DNA of 64,000 bases, taken from assembly GCA_019057795.1 (NCBI GenBank), contig JAHLWS010000038.1, positions 32,001 to 96,000 of the forward strand. The letters run 5' to 3'. Under the pieces are notes generated by a model that saw only the letters and a list, made by a program, of their open reading frames with translations, was not told the DNA's origin and made no database searches. Positions 29,998 to 40,327 of the stretch are shown in pieces (positions within the stretch are counted from its first letter, which is position 1; each line of letters begins with the position of its first letter). A program made the translations under genes and the position numbers. The stretch comes from Promethearchaeota archaeon. Its GTDB lineage: Archaea; Asgardarchaeota; Lokiarchaeia; Sigyniarchaeales; SOKP01.

Positions 29998-30888
29998 TTA
30001 TTTTTTTGCTGGTGATGCATAACAATAATCACAATTATGTTTGCACCGAAAAATACCTGTATATCCACCGATATCTTTAGATTTAAAACACCCGCAACCT
30101 TTTCTTTGTCCTGTATCTTTTACTTTTGAAATTTTTTCCCCTATGATTTGTTCGATTTTATTAGCGTCAACGCAGTGAGCTTGTTCTATGCCATTAATTT
30201 CAAGTAACCCCGGTTGGCAACAAGCTCTCATCTGCATTTCATGTTTATTGCAAATTTTCAATAATTTATTGAGAATTTCTTTCTTTTTACTAAAAGGGGG
30301 ATCAAGTGGGATAAATCCTCTTGCTTTCATTCGATTGTTTACTTTTGTATAAATTGTAGCGAAGGAAAATATCATTTCTTTCAACCCAAGAGCAGAAACT
30401 TTTTCTATTATATATTCAAATTTGTCTAGGTTACTTTTTATTCTATTTTCATCCTTCTTTTTGTAAATGATTATAGGATCAAATCTAAAACTTACAGAAG
30501 TCAAACCAAATTCATCGATTATCCATTTTAATTGGTCAAATCTCTCTTCTAAGGAGATACCCAGATTTTGCTCTAATTCAGAAGGTGAATTAATCGTAAA
30601 CTGAAAGTAATGTCCCCTATAAGATTTAAAAACTTGAGTGTTTCTTTCATAGTTTTTGATCCATCCTTCAAAATTTTTACTCCACCACACCCAACATCTT
30701 ACATCCTTGGGTTTCAACGAAACTCGAGACATTTGTTTTCGATTAAATGGATTAACCACATCCACATAACCGATCTGGATTCTATCGATTACCCAATCCA
30801 TTAAAAAAGCGGGAATATCTGTTCTACGAGAACAAGAAATTATTGGAGATTTAACAATTTTCATTAAATCATTTGAATTTTTAACCAT
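29998..30888 (-). CDS. DUF1848 family protein
   Basis: IISCSRRTDIPAF, RFDPI, QRKGCGC..SKDIG, CKHNCDYCYA. Confidence 0.9.
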   Translation of the reverse strand: MVKNSNDLMKIVKSPIISCSRRTDIPAFLMDWVIDRIQIGYVDVVNPFNRKQMSRVSLKPKDVRCWVWWSKNFEGWIKNYERNTQVFKSYRGHYFQFTINSPSELEQNLGISLEERFDQLKWIIDEFGLTSVSFRFDPIIIYKKKDENRIKSNLDKFEYIIEKVSALGLKEMIFSFATIYTKVNNRMKARGFIPLDPPFSKKKEILNKLLKICNKHEMQMRACCQPGLLEINGIEQAHCVDANKIEQIIGEKISKVKDTGQRKGCGCFKSKDIGGYTGIFRCKHNCDYCYASPAKK

Positions 30889-31081
30889 TCTATCCTTAAC
30901 TTCTCTGAAATTATATTAATACTCCAACCAGATAGGACAAAGTTCCTATTTGCATTATTACAAAAATAAGTTTTCTTAACTTTAAGGTATTTTCTTTTGA
31001 TTGATTTTTTAATAATGAAACTGATAGAAAAACATATGAAATTACGGGTATTAGAATAAGTAATTTTTGATAAATTAGGCG

Positions 31082-32713
31082 CTATTTCCCCGATAAATAT
31101 AAAATCATTGCTGAAACAAATAAATCATTTTTCTCGTTCATAGATAATTGCTCATCTATGCTTTGCAAACCATCAAGTGAAACTTTGAACTTTCTGAAGA
31201 GTAATTCATCAAAGATCATTATATGAGGATTTGAAAATACCGCGCCGTTTTTTGTTTCTTTTCGTAGCAGTTTTCTAAATTCAGGATCTAGCCAGATTCT
31301 AAAAGGACCAGGGCTATGTTCTGCTTTATGTTTTATGTTGAATTTATTTTTAAGATTAATAATAACATCAAAGACAGTTTCGCATATTAGTTTCAAATTT
31401 TTTTCTTTTTCTTTGTAGAAATACTGAATCGGGACTGGTAAGCGCATATGTAATAGTAATCCTTGACCCTTCCGAAAGTTTATGTGACCGTATCCAAAAA
31501 TTACTTTATGGAACCCGTGCTTTATAAATAGTTCATTTATAGTCTCAATAATATCTGGTAAGTTTTTTGGTTCGCTTAAGATATCTTCAAACCCTGGAAA
31601 TGCGATATAATCGGTAGATTTGTCTTCAGTTTGGATTATTAAAGCAAAGGAAGAACGTTCTTGGAGATAATCTTGAAATTCTTCTTCGGTTAATATTTTC
31701 CAAGAACAATCAGCCTGCCGTTTCATTACATCAATAAATTTATCAACACTATTCTTTGATCCTTCAATAAGGGCCGCCCATTTCACCTTTTTATTCTTTT
31801 TGCTTTCTCCCCCAAGTTCGCTAAACTTTCCAGGAAGTTTTTCATCTGAAATTACAAATTCACTAACTAAGGGAAAAATCTTAGAATCTAAAACTGATTG
31901 CAAACCCTTAAACGCTAAATTTAAATTATATCCATATATAATAGCTTGTTTTAAATTAGTTTCAGGACGATATAATCGAAATACAGCGCTCAATATTACG
32001 CCAAAATAGCCGTTTCCAGCGATAATCTTCATGAAAAGAGGATGATCTTTATCAATCTCAACGATCGTTCCGTTTGGCCTCATGACACGAATTTTCTCGA
32101 CCCAATTTTCAACTGAACCCAATTTTCCTGAAGTTACCCCGCTTGCATTCGTAGCAATTAATCCTCCTACTCTTACAGGTAGCTTTAAAGCACTTGCTGG
32201 TTGAACGGGAAAAATAAATTCCTTTTTGCTTTCAAATAGAGTATATTTAATTAGATCTGATACTAAAACATTTTGATTAGACCGAACACTACTTTTTTTT
32301 AAATCGAGTTTAATTGGTTCCTTATAGGAGCTAAAATCAACCATATCAACAATAATACCAAAATTTCCATAACTTCCAGAAAGGCCCGTCTTTCCTCCAG
32401 CAAAGGTTAATGGAATCTTAAATTTCTGAGAATTTTTTACTATAACTCGTAGTTGTGTCTCTACTTTAGGTCTAAACAGAACGTAAGGTCTTAAGTGCAG
32501 ATGTGAGGTATCTCGAATAACGCTAGCTTGTATTGGATCTCCAACAAGCATCACATAACCGGATTGAAAGAGTTTGTAATATTTATTACTTTTTGATATT
32601 TTGGAGACCATTATGGAACTTAATTTAATAAAGCCATCTCTTTCCATATTATTTAGAAACTTCTCCCAAGGTAGTTTATCTTGAAGGTTTTTGATCAAAG
32701 AATTTTTTTCCAT
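31082..32713 (-). CDS. FAD-binding oxidoreductase (GlcD / D-lactate dehydrogenase family)
   Basis: GGKTGLSG, VGGLIATNASG, GNGYFGVI, YGH, AEH. Confidence 0.8.
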   Translation of the reverse strand: MEKNSLIKNLQDKLPWEKFLNNMERDGFIKLSSIMVSKISKSNKYYKLFQSGYVMLVGDPIQASVIRDTSHLHLRPYVLFRPKVETQLRVIVKNSQKFKIPLTFAGGKTGLSGSYGNFGIIVDMVDFSSYKEPIKLDLKKSSVRSNQNVLVSDLIKYTLFESKKEFIFPVQPASALKLPVRVGGLIATNASGVTSGKLGSVENWVEKIRVMRPNGTIVEIDKDHPLFMKIIAGNGYFGVILSAVFRLYRPETNLKQAIIYGYNLNLAFKGLQSVLDSKIFPLVSEFVISDEKLPGKFSELGGESKKNKKVKWAALIEGSKNSVDKFIDVMKRQADCSWKILTEEEFQDYLQERSSFALIIQTEDKSTDYIAFPGFEDILSEPKNLPDIIETINELFIKHGFHKVIFGYGHINFRKGQGLLLHMRLPVPIQYFYKEKEKNLKLICETVFDVIINLKNKFNIKHKAEHSPGPFRIWLDPEFRKLLRKETKNGAVFSNPHIMIFDELLFRKFKVSLDGLQSIDEQLSMNEKNDLFVSAMILYLSGK

Positions 32714-32727
32714 ACTAAGTCAAATCT

Positions 32728-33612
32728 CTATTTAATTTCCTCGATGTGAGCTTGCCTTTTTCCTAAAATAAAGGAACTTATTAAGATTAGAATACTTGCT
32801 ATCATAAATAATATTATCGAAAAGATACTTGGTGGAATCTTAAAAAAAATTAAAAAATAGACAATTGCAGGAGTAATCTGTTGTGGTACATTTTGAATAG
32901 GGACTAAATTACTTGCTTGCCCATGGTGTAATGCTTCAGCCATTTTAGTAACAGCAAAAATGTTCGTAAGAACAAGCATAAATGATGATACTATGAATAA
33001 AATTAATTCTCCGATATTAAATGTACCACTAAATATATGTGTTATTACAGCCATTAATGGACTTATCCAAAAGCTCGAGAGTGAAAACATCAAACCAGAT
33101 ATTAGCGCAAACAATATACCTCTGATGTCTCCATATTTTTTTTGGAATATTTGAAAGACTATTGCAAGAAAAACTAAGGCACATGTGTAAATCGCCATTC
33201 TTATAATGAATTCTAAATTCAATAAGTTAATTTCGGAAATCTCAATTGAGAGTTCACTTAATCCAATTAAGGTTATGGCAAATATCATCATTGCAATTGC
33301 TATTATTTCTAAAGTAGCTAGTTTCTCCCCAATTATTTTAGTGGAACCTAATACTAAAATTACCAATCCAGAAGCTATTAAGCCAGGAATTAACACTGGT
33401 CCGATTAAAACCTGAGCTATCATATAAAATATTGTACCTACACCAAATCGTAAAAAAAGTGCAAATAACCACAGCGGAGTTCTTACTAAATTTTTCATTA
33501 ATTTAACATCAGGAGGTATTTTGTTTATAATAGACTTTTCAATTAGTAAACCAGTATAATGTGAAACCCCAGAAAATATTGCCAGCAAAACTCCTAACCA
33601 ATATGCTTCCAT
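32728..33612 (-). CDS. DMT superfamily membrane protein
   Basis: About 9 TM segments, NIPA/DMT-like layout. Confidence 0.65.
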   Translation of the reverse strand: MEAYWLGVLLAIFSGVSHYTGLLIEKSIINKIPPDVKLMKNLVRTPLWLFALFLRFGVGTIFYMIAQVLIGPVLIPGLIASGLVILVLGSTKIIGEKLATLEIIAIAMMIFAITLIGLSELSIEISEINLLNLEFIIRMAIYTCALVFLAIVFQIFQKKYGDIRGILFALISGLMFSLSSFWISPLMAVITHIFSGTFNIGELILFIVSSFMLVLTNIFAVTKMAEALHHGQASNLVPIQNVPQQITPAIVYFLIFFKIPPSIFSIILFMIASILILISSFILGKRQAHIEEIK

Positions 33613-33774
33613 TTTTATTAAACTTTAATAATTAAAGTAATATACTACGGATAAGTGATTTTAATTTGTCTTTCAATATTAATAAAGAATTAGTAAAAGA
33701 TTCATAATGCTAGATCTAATATTCCTTTAATATACTAATTTAATTTTTTAAACATTGTAATATTTAAGATTAAT

Positions 33775-34800
33775 ATGATCCCGTCTATTGAATGGACTTA
33801 TGACAATAAAGTGAAAATGATCGATCAAACTCAATTACCGCATAAACTTGAGTTTTTAGAGTTTGAGGATTATAGAGATGTGGCAAAATCTATTAAAGTC
33901 ATGAACATTAGAGGCGCCCCCGCTATTGGAGTTGCCGCAGCAATGGGAATGGCGTTAGCTACAATAGAATATAAAGCGTTTCCTAAAGATACATTCCTTA
34001 AAAAAATGGAAGAAGCTGCTGATGTATTACGCAGTACAAGACCTACAGCATCTAACCTTTTTTGGGCAGTAAATAGAATTTGGGAAATATTAAGTTCTTT
34101 TCCAGACAACCCTTCAAATATTTCGGAACTTGTCATCGAAGAAGCTAAATTAATGGCTCAGGAAGATGTTAACGTTAACAAAAATATTGGTAAAAACGGT
34201 GCTGCTTTATTAGAAGATGGCGATGTTGTTTTAACACATTGCAATGCAGGTTCTTTGGCTACGGTTCAATATGGTACGGCATTAGCACCTATTAGAACTG
34301 CAATCGAAAATGGTAAAGAAATTAGCGTGATTGCTGATGAAACGAGACCAAGATTACAAGGAGCTAGATTAACGGCTTATGAACTTCAATACGATAAAAT
34401 TCCTGTAAAAGTGATTTCTGATACATCTTCAGGTCTATTAATGAGGCTTGGAAAAATAAACAAAGTAATTGTAGGGACGGATAGAGTAACTTCAGACGCA
34501 GTTTTTAATAAAATTGGAACGTACTTGGTCGCTTTAGCCGCGTACGATAATAAAATACCTTTTTATGTTGCGGCTCCAACTTCCACATTATCTCTGCATG
34601 AGACCGTTGACGATGTTACTATTGAGCAAAGAGATAGTAGTGAAGTAAAAAACATACTTGGGAAGGTGCAAATCGTCCCAGATGGTGTAGAGTGCTTAAA
34701 TTACGCGTTCGACATCACTCCCTTTAGATTAGTAACCGGTATTATTACAGAAGATGGCGTTTTTACGCCTGAAAAATTATTAAAAAAATATAAGAGTTAA
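33775..34800 (+). CDS. mtnA: S-methyl-5-thioribose-1-phosphate isomerase
   Basis: DQTQLP, IRGAPAIG, RPTA, LTHCNAG, ETRPRLQG, NKIGTY. Confidence 0.93.
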   Translation: MIPSIEWTYDNKVKMIDQTQLPHKLEFLEFEDYRDVAKSIKVMNIRGAPAIGVAAAMGMALATIEYKAFPKDTFLKKMEEAADVLRSTRPTASNLFWAVNRIWEILSSFPDNPSNISELVIEEAKLMAQEDVNVNKNIGKNGAALLEDGDVVLTHCNAGSLATVQYGTALAPIRTAIENGKEISVIADETRPRLQGARLTAYELQYDKIPVKVISDTSSGLLMRLGKINKVIVGTDRVTSDAVFNKIGTYLVALAAYDNKIPFYVAAPTSTLSLHETVDDVTIEQRDSSEVKNILGKVQIVPDGVECLNYAFDITPFRLVTGIITEDGVFTPEKLLKKYKS

Positions 34801-34849
34801 CTTTAAGAACATTATAGAAACACTAAAGAGCTATAAAAATTTAGTAATA

Positions 34850-35107
34850 TTGATAAAAATGAAGCTTAATGAGAACGAAAAAGATACGCTTTTTAAGTTG
34901 TTTCTCTTTACAGTAACAGAATTATTTTGTATAAGTATTTACATAATCATTTCTGCACTCTCAGGAGATTTTAATTGGACAGTTGAAAGGTTAACATCTT
35001 CTTTTGGAGGGGCGGTTATTCAACTTCTCCAACTAATTATACTGATTAATGGAGTAATTATCTTTATGTATGTCGCTATATTTTTAATATTACTCGTAAA
35101 AAACTAA
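34850..35107 (+). CDS. Small 2-TM membrane protein
   Basis: Two hydrophobic segments. Confidence 0.55.
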   Translation: MIKMKLNENEKDTLFKLFLFTVTELFCISIYIIISALSGDFNWTVERLTSSFGGAVIQLLQLIILINGVIIFMYVAIFLILLVKN

Positions 35108-35119
35108 TTTTCTCGTCTC

Positions 35120-36118
35120 TTAATTATCAAAAATCTGTTCGAAAATACCTCGTAATTCATCCAAAGTTTTTGCTTTAGAAATTTTTATCCTAATGTTGGT
35201 TGAGGTTTGAATGTTTTTAGTTAGCCATATCGAATTTCTTTTTAATTCCATAAATTTATATCTTTCAATAGGATATGGAAACTCGATATTCTCCTCTATA
35301 TAGTTATTTATGCATTGTTCGTAAAGATCAATATGTTTTTTCATTTTAATTAAATTATTATTAAAAACCAGTTCTACTCCTTCTTTTAAGTATTTATGAA
35401 TTTGATGAAAAATTTCAGGATTTCCCATAGTTCCTCTCCCAATCATAATAGCATCAACTTTTGTAAAATCTAAAAACCTTTTCGCAGATTGAGGACTGTT
35501 AATGCTTCCATTTCCAACTACAGGTATTTTTAATAAATCTTTTAATTTTTTAACGGCTTTTAAATTAAGAGCGGTGTCATCGAATCGATCTTTTACCGTT
35601 CTTCCATGAATTGTGATGAAATCAATACTCGATTTATTAACAATCTTCGCTAAATTATCGATATTATCTGAATTTTTGAACCCGGTTCTAACCTTTAAGG
35701 AAACTAGATGTGAGGAGTATTTTGTAGCAACTTTAATTAAACTACTTAATTTTTTCAAGTCATTAAGTAGATATCCTCCTTCTTTTGCCTTAATTGCTCT
35801 TTTAGATGGACAGCCCGCGTTTATATCCAAAACATCAAATTGATAGCTCTCAAGAAAATCAATTGATTCTCTTAAAGCTATTGGATCGGAACCAATTAAC
35901 TGCACGCTTATAGGCCTCTCCTTCTCAATTTTGTATAAATTACTTAATATGGAGCGAGGATTATTTTGAATTCTTTTGGTGTAAAGCATTGGAACACTTA
36001 CTAATCCTATTTTACCAAATTTTCTACAAAACTGCCTGTACGGTGCCGTAGTCACTTCTTGCAGTGGTGCCAATAAAAGGTTATTTTCTAAAACAAGCGT
36101 TCCTAATTTCATTTTCAA
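35120..36118 (-). CDS. dus: tRNA-dihydrouridine synthase family
   Basis: LAPL, VQLIG, DINAGCP, IHGRT, GNGSI, MIGRG. Confidence 0.92.
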   Translation of the reverse strand: MKMKLGTLVLENNLLLAPLQEVTTAPYRQFCRKFGKIGLVSVPMLYTKRIQNNPRSILSNLYKIEKERPISVQLIGSDPIALRESIDFLESYQFDVLDINAGCPSKRAIKAKEGGYLLNDLKKLSSLIKVATKYSSHLVSLKVRTGFKNSDNIDNLAKIVNKSSIDFITIHGRTVKDRFDDTALNLKAVKKLKDLLKIPVVGNGSINSPQSAKRFLDFTKVDAIMIGRGTMGNPEIFHQIHKYLKEGVELVFNNNLIKMKKHIDLYEQCINNYIEENIEFPYPIERYKFMELKRNSIWLTKNIQTSTNIRIKISKAKTLDELRGIFEQIFDN

Positions 36119-36227
36119 GTAAATTATTTTTTATTAAACTTTTATATTCAATAACCAAGAAATTTTTAAAAAACTTCATTTTATCTTATTTAGATCAATT
36201 TCTATTATATTTTAAAATCTTTTTAGA

Positions 36228-36746
36228 GTGAAAAAATTTATCATGTCAAAAAATATTAAAAAATATGTCTTCAAGTCAAAACCAAAAGAAATTACATACA
36301 TTGACGGTGAACCCTTAAAATTAAGCAAAGAATTCAGCTTTTTTCATAATAAAATTAAATTCAGGAAAGAATTAACTCGACTTCAAAACTTTTTTAAAGA
36401 TTTTGCTAAAATCGCGCTCCAAGCTTCGGGAATAAGGGATTCTTATTTAAAAGAAGAGTATTCAGAAAACTTTCTACTAGTTATTTTTACTACAAATCAA
36501 ATTATAAAACAAGCCGATCTAATTCTTGAACCGCACAAAAATCTCGAACTCAGTCCAGGATGCTTCTATCTTGAATCTAACTCGGAATCAATGCTTTTAT
36601 TAGCAAAGGATATGGAAGGGTTATCATTTGGCGTAGATACAATGGAAGAAATTTTTTCTCAAACATTTGAAATTTATTTCGAACAAAAGAATTTTGACGA
36701 ATATTTAAAAATTAGACCGTTTAACCTCTTCAATTGTATTAAATAA
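36228..36746 (+). CDS. Hypothetical protein resembling a stand-alone GH20 N-terminal domain
   Basis: PKEI...GE at the N-terminus; GCFYL....L.AKD.EGL.FGVDT..EI. Confidence 0.5.
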   Translation: MKKFIMSKNIKKYVFKSKPKEITYIDGEPLKLSKEFSFFHNKIKFRKELTRLQNFFKDFAKIALQASGIRDSYLKEEYSENFLLVIFTTNQIIKQADLILEPHKNLELSPGCFYLESNSESMLLLAKDMEGLSFGVDTMEEIFSQTFEIYFEQKNFDEYLKIRPFNLFNCIK

Positions 36747-36816
36747 CCTAATCTCTTCTCATTTTTATATTAAAATTTGTTAAGCTCTCTCAGACATTAG
36801 AAAAAAAAAGATATTT

Positions 36817-38538
36817 TTAACTTATAAATTTCCAAGGTTTTTGTTTTTTAAGTTTGTAGCTCTTTTTCGCGTACTCTTGCATCATCCTATTAGTGTTAAA
36901 GAAAGCTGCGAGAGAAATAGCGTTTTTACTTTTGAACAACCACTCGTCATGGTTCAAATAAGTTGGTATAATTTCGTTCTCTAGCGTTTCATATAATGCG
37001 TTTGAATCAATCTCCCAACTATTTGAGACTCCTGGATCGTCGGGATTTGAATCGTTAGGGCCAATTGACCATCCGGCCATAGAGTTCATGCGAAATCCTT
37101 CCAACCACCAACCATCTTGAACGCTAAAGTTTAAAACGCCATTCAATGCGGCTTTCATGCCGCTTGTACCACTTGCTTCGCGATATCTTTCGGGCGTATT
37201 GAGCCAAATATCACACCCAGATACCATCATATGAGCTAAATCCATGTTATAATTTTCCATCATTACAATTTTAACACCATAATTGTCGTAAAGGTATTCG
37301 CCTTTTTCGTGGATTTTTTTGATATAATCTTTTCCCATCGTGTCCTTAGGGTGAGCTTTTCCTGCAAAAATGAATTGAATCTTATCTTGGCAGATTTTAC
37401 CTAACCGCTCGATATCGTGGAAGATTAAAGTAGCCCTTTTGTACGTAGCAAATCTTCTAGCGAAACCAATTGTAATTAATTCTTCATCCAGTAAGTTCCA
37501 ACTATGACCTTTCTGATAACTAATTAGATTGAACTTATTTTCAATGTGCGCATCAAAAATATCTAAATCGTCTAATTCAATTGCGTTTTGAAGTATCGAA
37601 GGTTTTGCCTTCCAATTTGGCCATTTTTTGTCAAATATCTGGCGAAATGGCTGGCTAACCCAAAAAGGTAAATGTATACCATTAGTAATTGAATCAACCT
37701 CGTATTGAGGAAACATTTTCCGTGAAATTTGGCCGTGTTTTTTGGCAACTCCATTTCTATATCTAGAAAGCTCCATTCCTAGAAATGTCATATTAAATTG
37801 ACCCTTATCGTCAGCAATTTTTCGAATTTCAGAAGGCATTCTATCTTTAAATACCTTATTAACTAAATCTTGATTAAATCGATCGTGACCTGCCGGAACT
37901 GGTGTGTGAGTAGTAAACACAACTTTTTCTCTAACCTTATCAAGATCGCCACTTAACATATTGTAAAGCTCTACTATTGAGAAAGAGCCGTGTCCTTCGT
38001 TTAGATGGTATGTTTTAATGTTATTAAAACCCAATGAATTTAAGAGTTTTACGCCACCAATGCCTAATATCATTTCTTGTACGATTCTGTTCCATCGAGA
38101 TGTGGAATCATAGAGAGAACCTGTCATTTTTTTCATCCAATCTTCGTTTCCCTCAATGTCAGTAGTTAACAAATAAATTGGTAAAATGTGACCGGATTGA
38201 CCTATAACGCGATAAAGCCATGCAGAAACTAACACTTCTTTATTTTCTATTTTTATTTTAATTGGTTTTTCAACTTTTTCAAACTCGTAAAAAAAATTCC
38301 AGCCGATGGCGCGTTCTTTTTGATCGCCAAATTCGTTAAAAAATTGATAAAAATAACCTGAACTATAACATAAACACAATCCAACCATAGGAAGCTCTAA
38401 ATCTGCCGCTGCTCTTACAGTATCTCCAGATAAAACCCCTAAACCACCGCTATAAGTTGGAATATTCGAATCAATTGCAATCTCCATGCTGATATAGGCA
38501 ACTTGCGTACTATTTTTCAAATCATTGTTAATTTCCAT
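36817..38538 (-). CDS. glgP: Alpha-glucan phosphorylase
   Basis: YSGGLGVL, HLNEGH, FTTHTP, ARRFATYKR, EASGTSGMK. Confidence 0.95.
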   Translation of the reverse strand: MEINNDLKNSTQVAYISMEIAIDSNIPTYSGGLGVLSGDTVRAAADLELPMVGLCLCYSSGYFYQFFNEFGDQKERAIGWNFFYEFEKVEKPIKIKIENKEVLVSAWLYRVIGQSGHILPIYLLTTDIEGNEDWMKKMTGSLYDSTSRWNRIVQEMILGIGGVKLLNSLGFNNIKTYHLNEGHGSFSIVELYNMLSGDLDKVREKVVFTTHTPVPAGHDRFNQDLVNKVFKDRMPSEIRKIADDKGQFNMTFLGMELSRYRNGVAKKHGQISRKMFPQYEVDSITNGIHLPFWVSQPFRQIFDKKWPNWKAKPSILQNAIELDDLDIFDAHIENKFNLISYQKGHSWNLLDEELITIGFARRFATYKRATLIFHDIERLGKICQDKIQFIFAGKAHPKDTMGKDYIKKIHEKGEYLYDNYGVKIVMMENYNMDLAHMMVSGCDIWLNTPERYREASGTSGMKAALNGVLNFSVQDGWWLEGFRMNSMAGWSIGPNDSNPDDPGVSNSWEIDSNALYETLENEIIPTYLNHDEWLFKSKNAISLAAFFNTNRMMQEYAKKSYKLKKQKPWKFIS

Positions 38539-38669
38539 TATTCAACACTTCATTATTGAGTTTTGAGTTTCTTAAGAAATTAATAATATAAATATATATA
38601 TATTAGTTTTAAAATTCTTATTTTAAATTCTTATGTTAAAATGAATATATAAATAATTTTAAAATAAGT

Positions 38670-39041
38670 CTAATCAGAATCAAGTTTCAATTCAGGATTT
38701 TCAAGAGAAACCTTTTTAGAAATACCGTAATTATCCCATTTATCAATATCTAACTCGTTTAACTTATTAATTAATTCCTTGCTTTCAAAATTAGGAATTT
38801 GATTTATGAGGTTTGGCGTTGGTAATCGGTTTATCAAATTTGGTTGTAATAATTTATTACTTTTAACTAAATATTCTTCAGTTCTATTTTTATTATTAAT
38901 ATAATTCTTAAAAAACGGATTTTCTGGTCTTAAATTTTCGATTTTTGCCGCCTTAATGTTAATTGGACTTCGAGGAACTGTAGATTTCGTCATTCGGCAA
39001 ATTGGACAATTGATAATATCAAGACCGTGTATACAAGGCAA
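38670..39041 (-). CDS. Hypothetical protein with N-terminal C-x-H-x6-C-x2-C motif
   Basis: MPCIHGLDIINCPIC; TTG start with GTGA upstream. Confidence 0.6.
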   Translation of the reverse strand: MPCIHGLDIINCPICRMTKSTVPRSPINIKAAKIENLRPENPFFKNYINNKNRTEEYLVKSNKLLQPNLINRLPTPNLINQIPNFESKELINKLNELDIDKWDNYGISKKVSLENPELKLDSD

Positions 39042-39154
39042 AAAATATCACTTCAATATTTATTTAAATCTGAATTGTTTAAATTAATTTTATCTTATAT
39101 TTTTTATTATAATTAATTATAATTAATTATGAATGCTTTTTTAGGGGATTATAT

Positions 39155-40273
39155 ATGAATGATTTTTTAGAAGAAATAAAATCTCAACCAGAAGCTCTTA
39201 AAGACACGTTTAACTACATTGTAGGAGAAGGTAAACCTCAATTTTTAAAAATAAGAGACTTTATAAAAAAAGGTGGTATTACTAAACTTATTTTTACGGG
39301 TATGGGTTCAAGTTTTATCAGCTCTTTCTTACCTTACTATATTTTAAATCAGTATGGAATCGCTGTTGAAATTCGAGAAGCAGGAGAATTCTTGTTTAAT
39401 ACATTTCCTAACGTTAAGCAGAATTGCTTTAAAGACATAGGAATTATAATTATTTCACAATCTGGAGAATCTGGGGAAATTAGAGAACTATTAAGGAAAA
39501 TAAATGCAATAGATCTTAATGATAAGCCGTTAACAATTGGTATTACGAATAATCCTGATAGTTATTTAGCTTACATGACAGAATTACAAGTTTATATGAA
39601 TTTTGACGAAGAGGTTTCAGTTACTACGAAAAGTTATGTTTGTACGCTGCTATTGCTGTATGTTATGGCAAAAACAATAATAGGCGAATTCTTTACAAAT
39701 GAAACCGAAATTCAAAATGTAGAAGCCTTCTTAGGGGAAGTTCGAAGATTTTTACAAGATCAGAAACAGATTAATAAGATATGGAAGAAGCTTCTATCTT
39801 CATTTGGATACGATATTGATTTTTTAGAAATTCTCGCACTAAGTTCTTCTTTAACTACTGCGCATCAAGCGGCATTAAATTTTAAAGAAATCGTAAAATC
39901 TTATTCGGAAGCAAGTTCTATATCAACTTTTAGACACGGTGGTATTGAATGCTTAAAAGAGAGTACTAAACTTATAATTCTTTCATCCGATAAAGAGAAT
40001 TTCGCTTTTAACATTCAATTCATAGATAAATTAGTTAACAAATGGGCTTGTGGGAAAATTCTACATATCACAAATCAAGAATTTGACGAAAAAACAAAGA
40101 AATTACACGATAATCCTAAGATTATAACTTATAAGCATAATATAAAAGACCCTCATTTAGCACCGATAATGGAAATAATAATTCTTCAATTACTATTTTA
40201 CAAGATGGCAGAAAAAAAAGGAATTGAACCAGGTAAGTTTTTATATTCACAGAAAATAACCAACGACATATAA
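39155..40273 (+). CDS. Double SIS domain protein (GlmS-isomerase / FrlB-like)
   Basis: EIKSQPEAL, GMGSS, ISQSGES, TKSY, FRHG. Confidence 0.88.
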   Translation: MNDFLEEIKSQPEALKDTFNYIVGEGKPQFLKIRDFIKKGGITKLIFTGMGSSFISSFLPYYILNQYGIAVEIREAGEFLFNTFPNVKQNCFKDIGIIIISQSGESGEIRELLRKINAIDLNDKPLTIGITNNPDSYLAYMTELQVYMNFDEEVSVTTKSYVCTLLLLYVMAKTIIGEFFTNETEIQNVEAFLGEVRRFLQDQKQINKIWKKLLSSFGYDIDFLEILALSSSLTTAHQAALNFKEIVKSYSEASSISTFRHGGIECLKESTKLIILSSDKENFAFNIQFIDKLVNKWACGKILHITNQEFDEKTKKLHDNPKIITYKHNIKDPHLAPIMEIIILQLLFYKMAEKKGIEPGKFLYSQKITNDI

Positions 40274-40327
40274 CAATATTAAGATATTAAGAAAAATACT
40301 TCTTATTTAGTTTAAAATTTAATTCAA

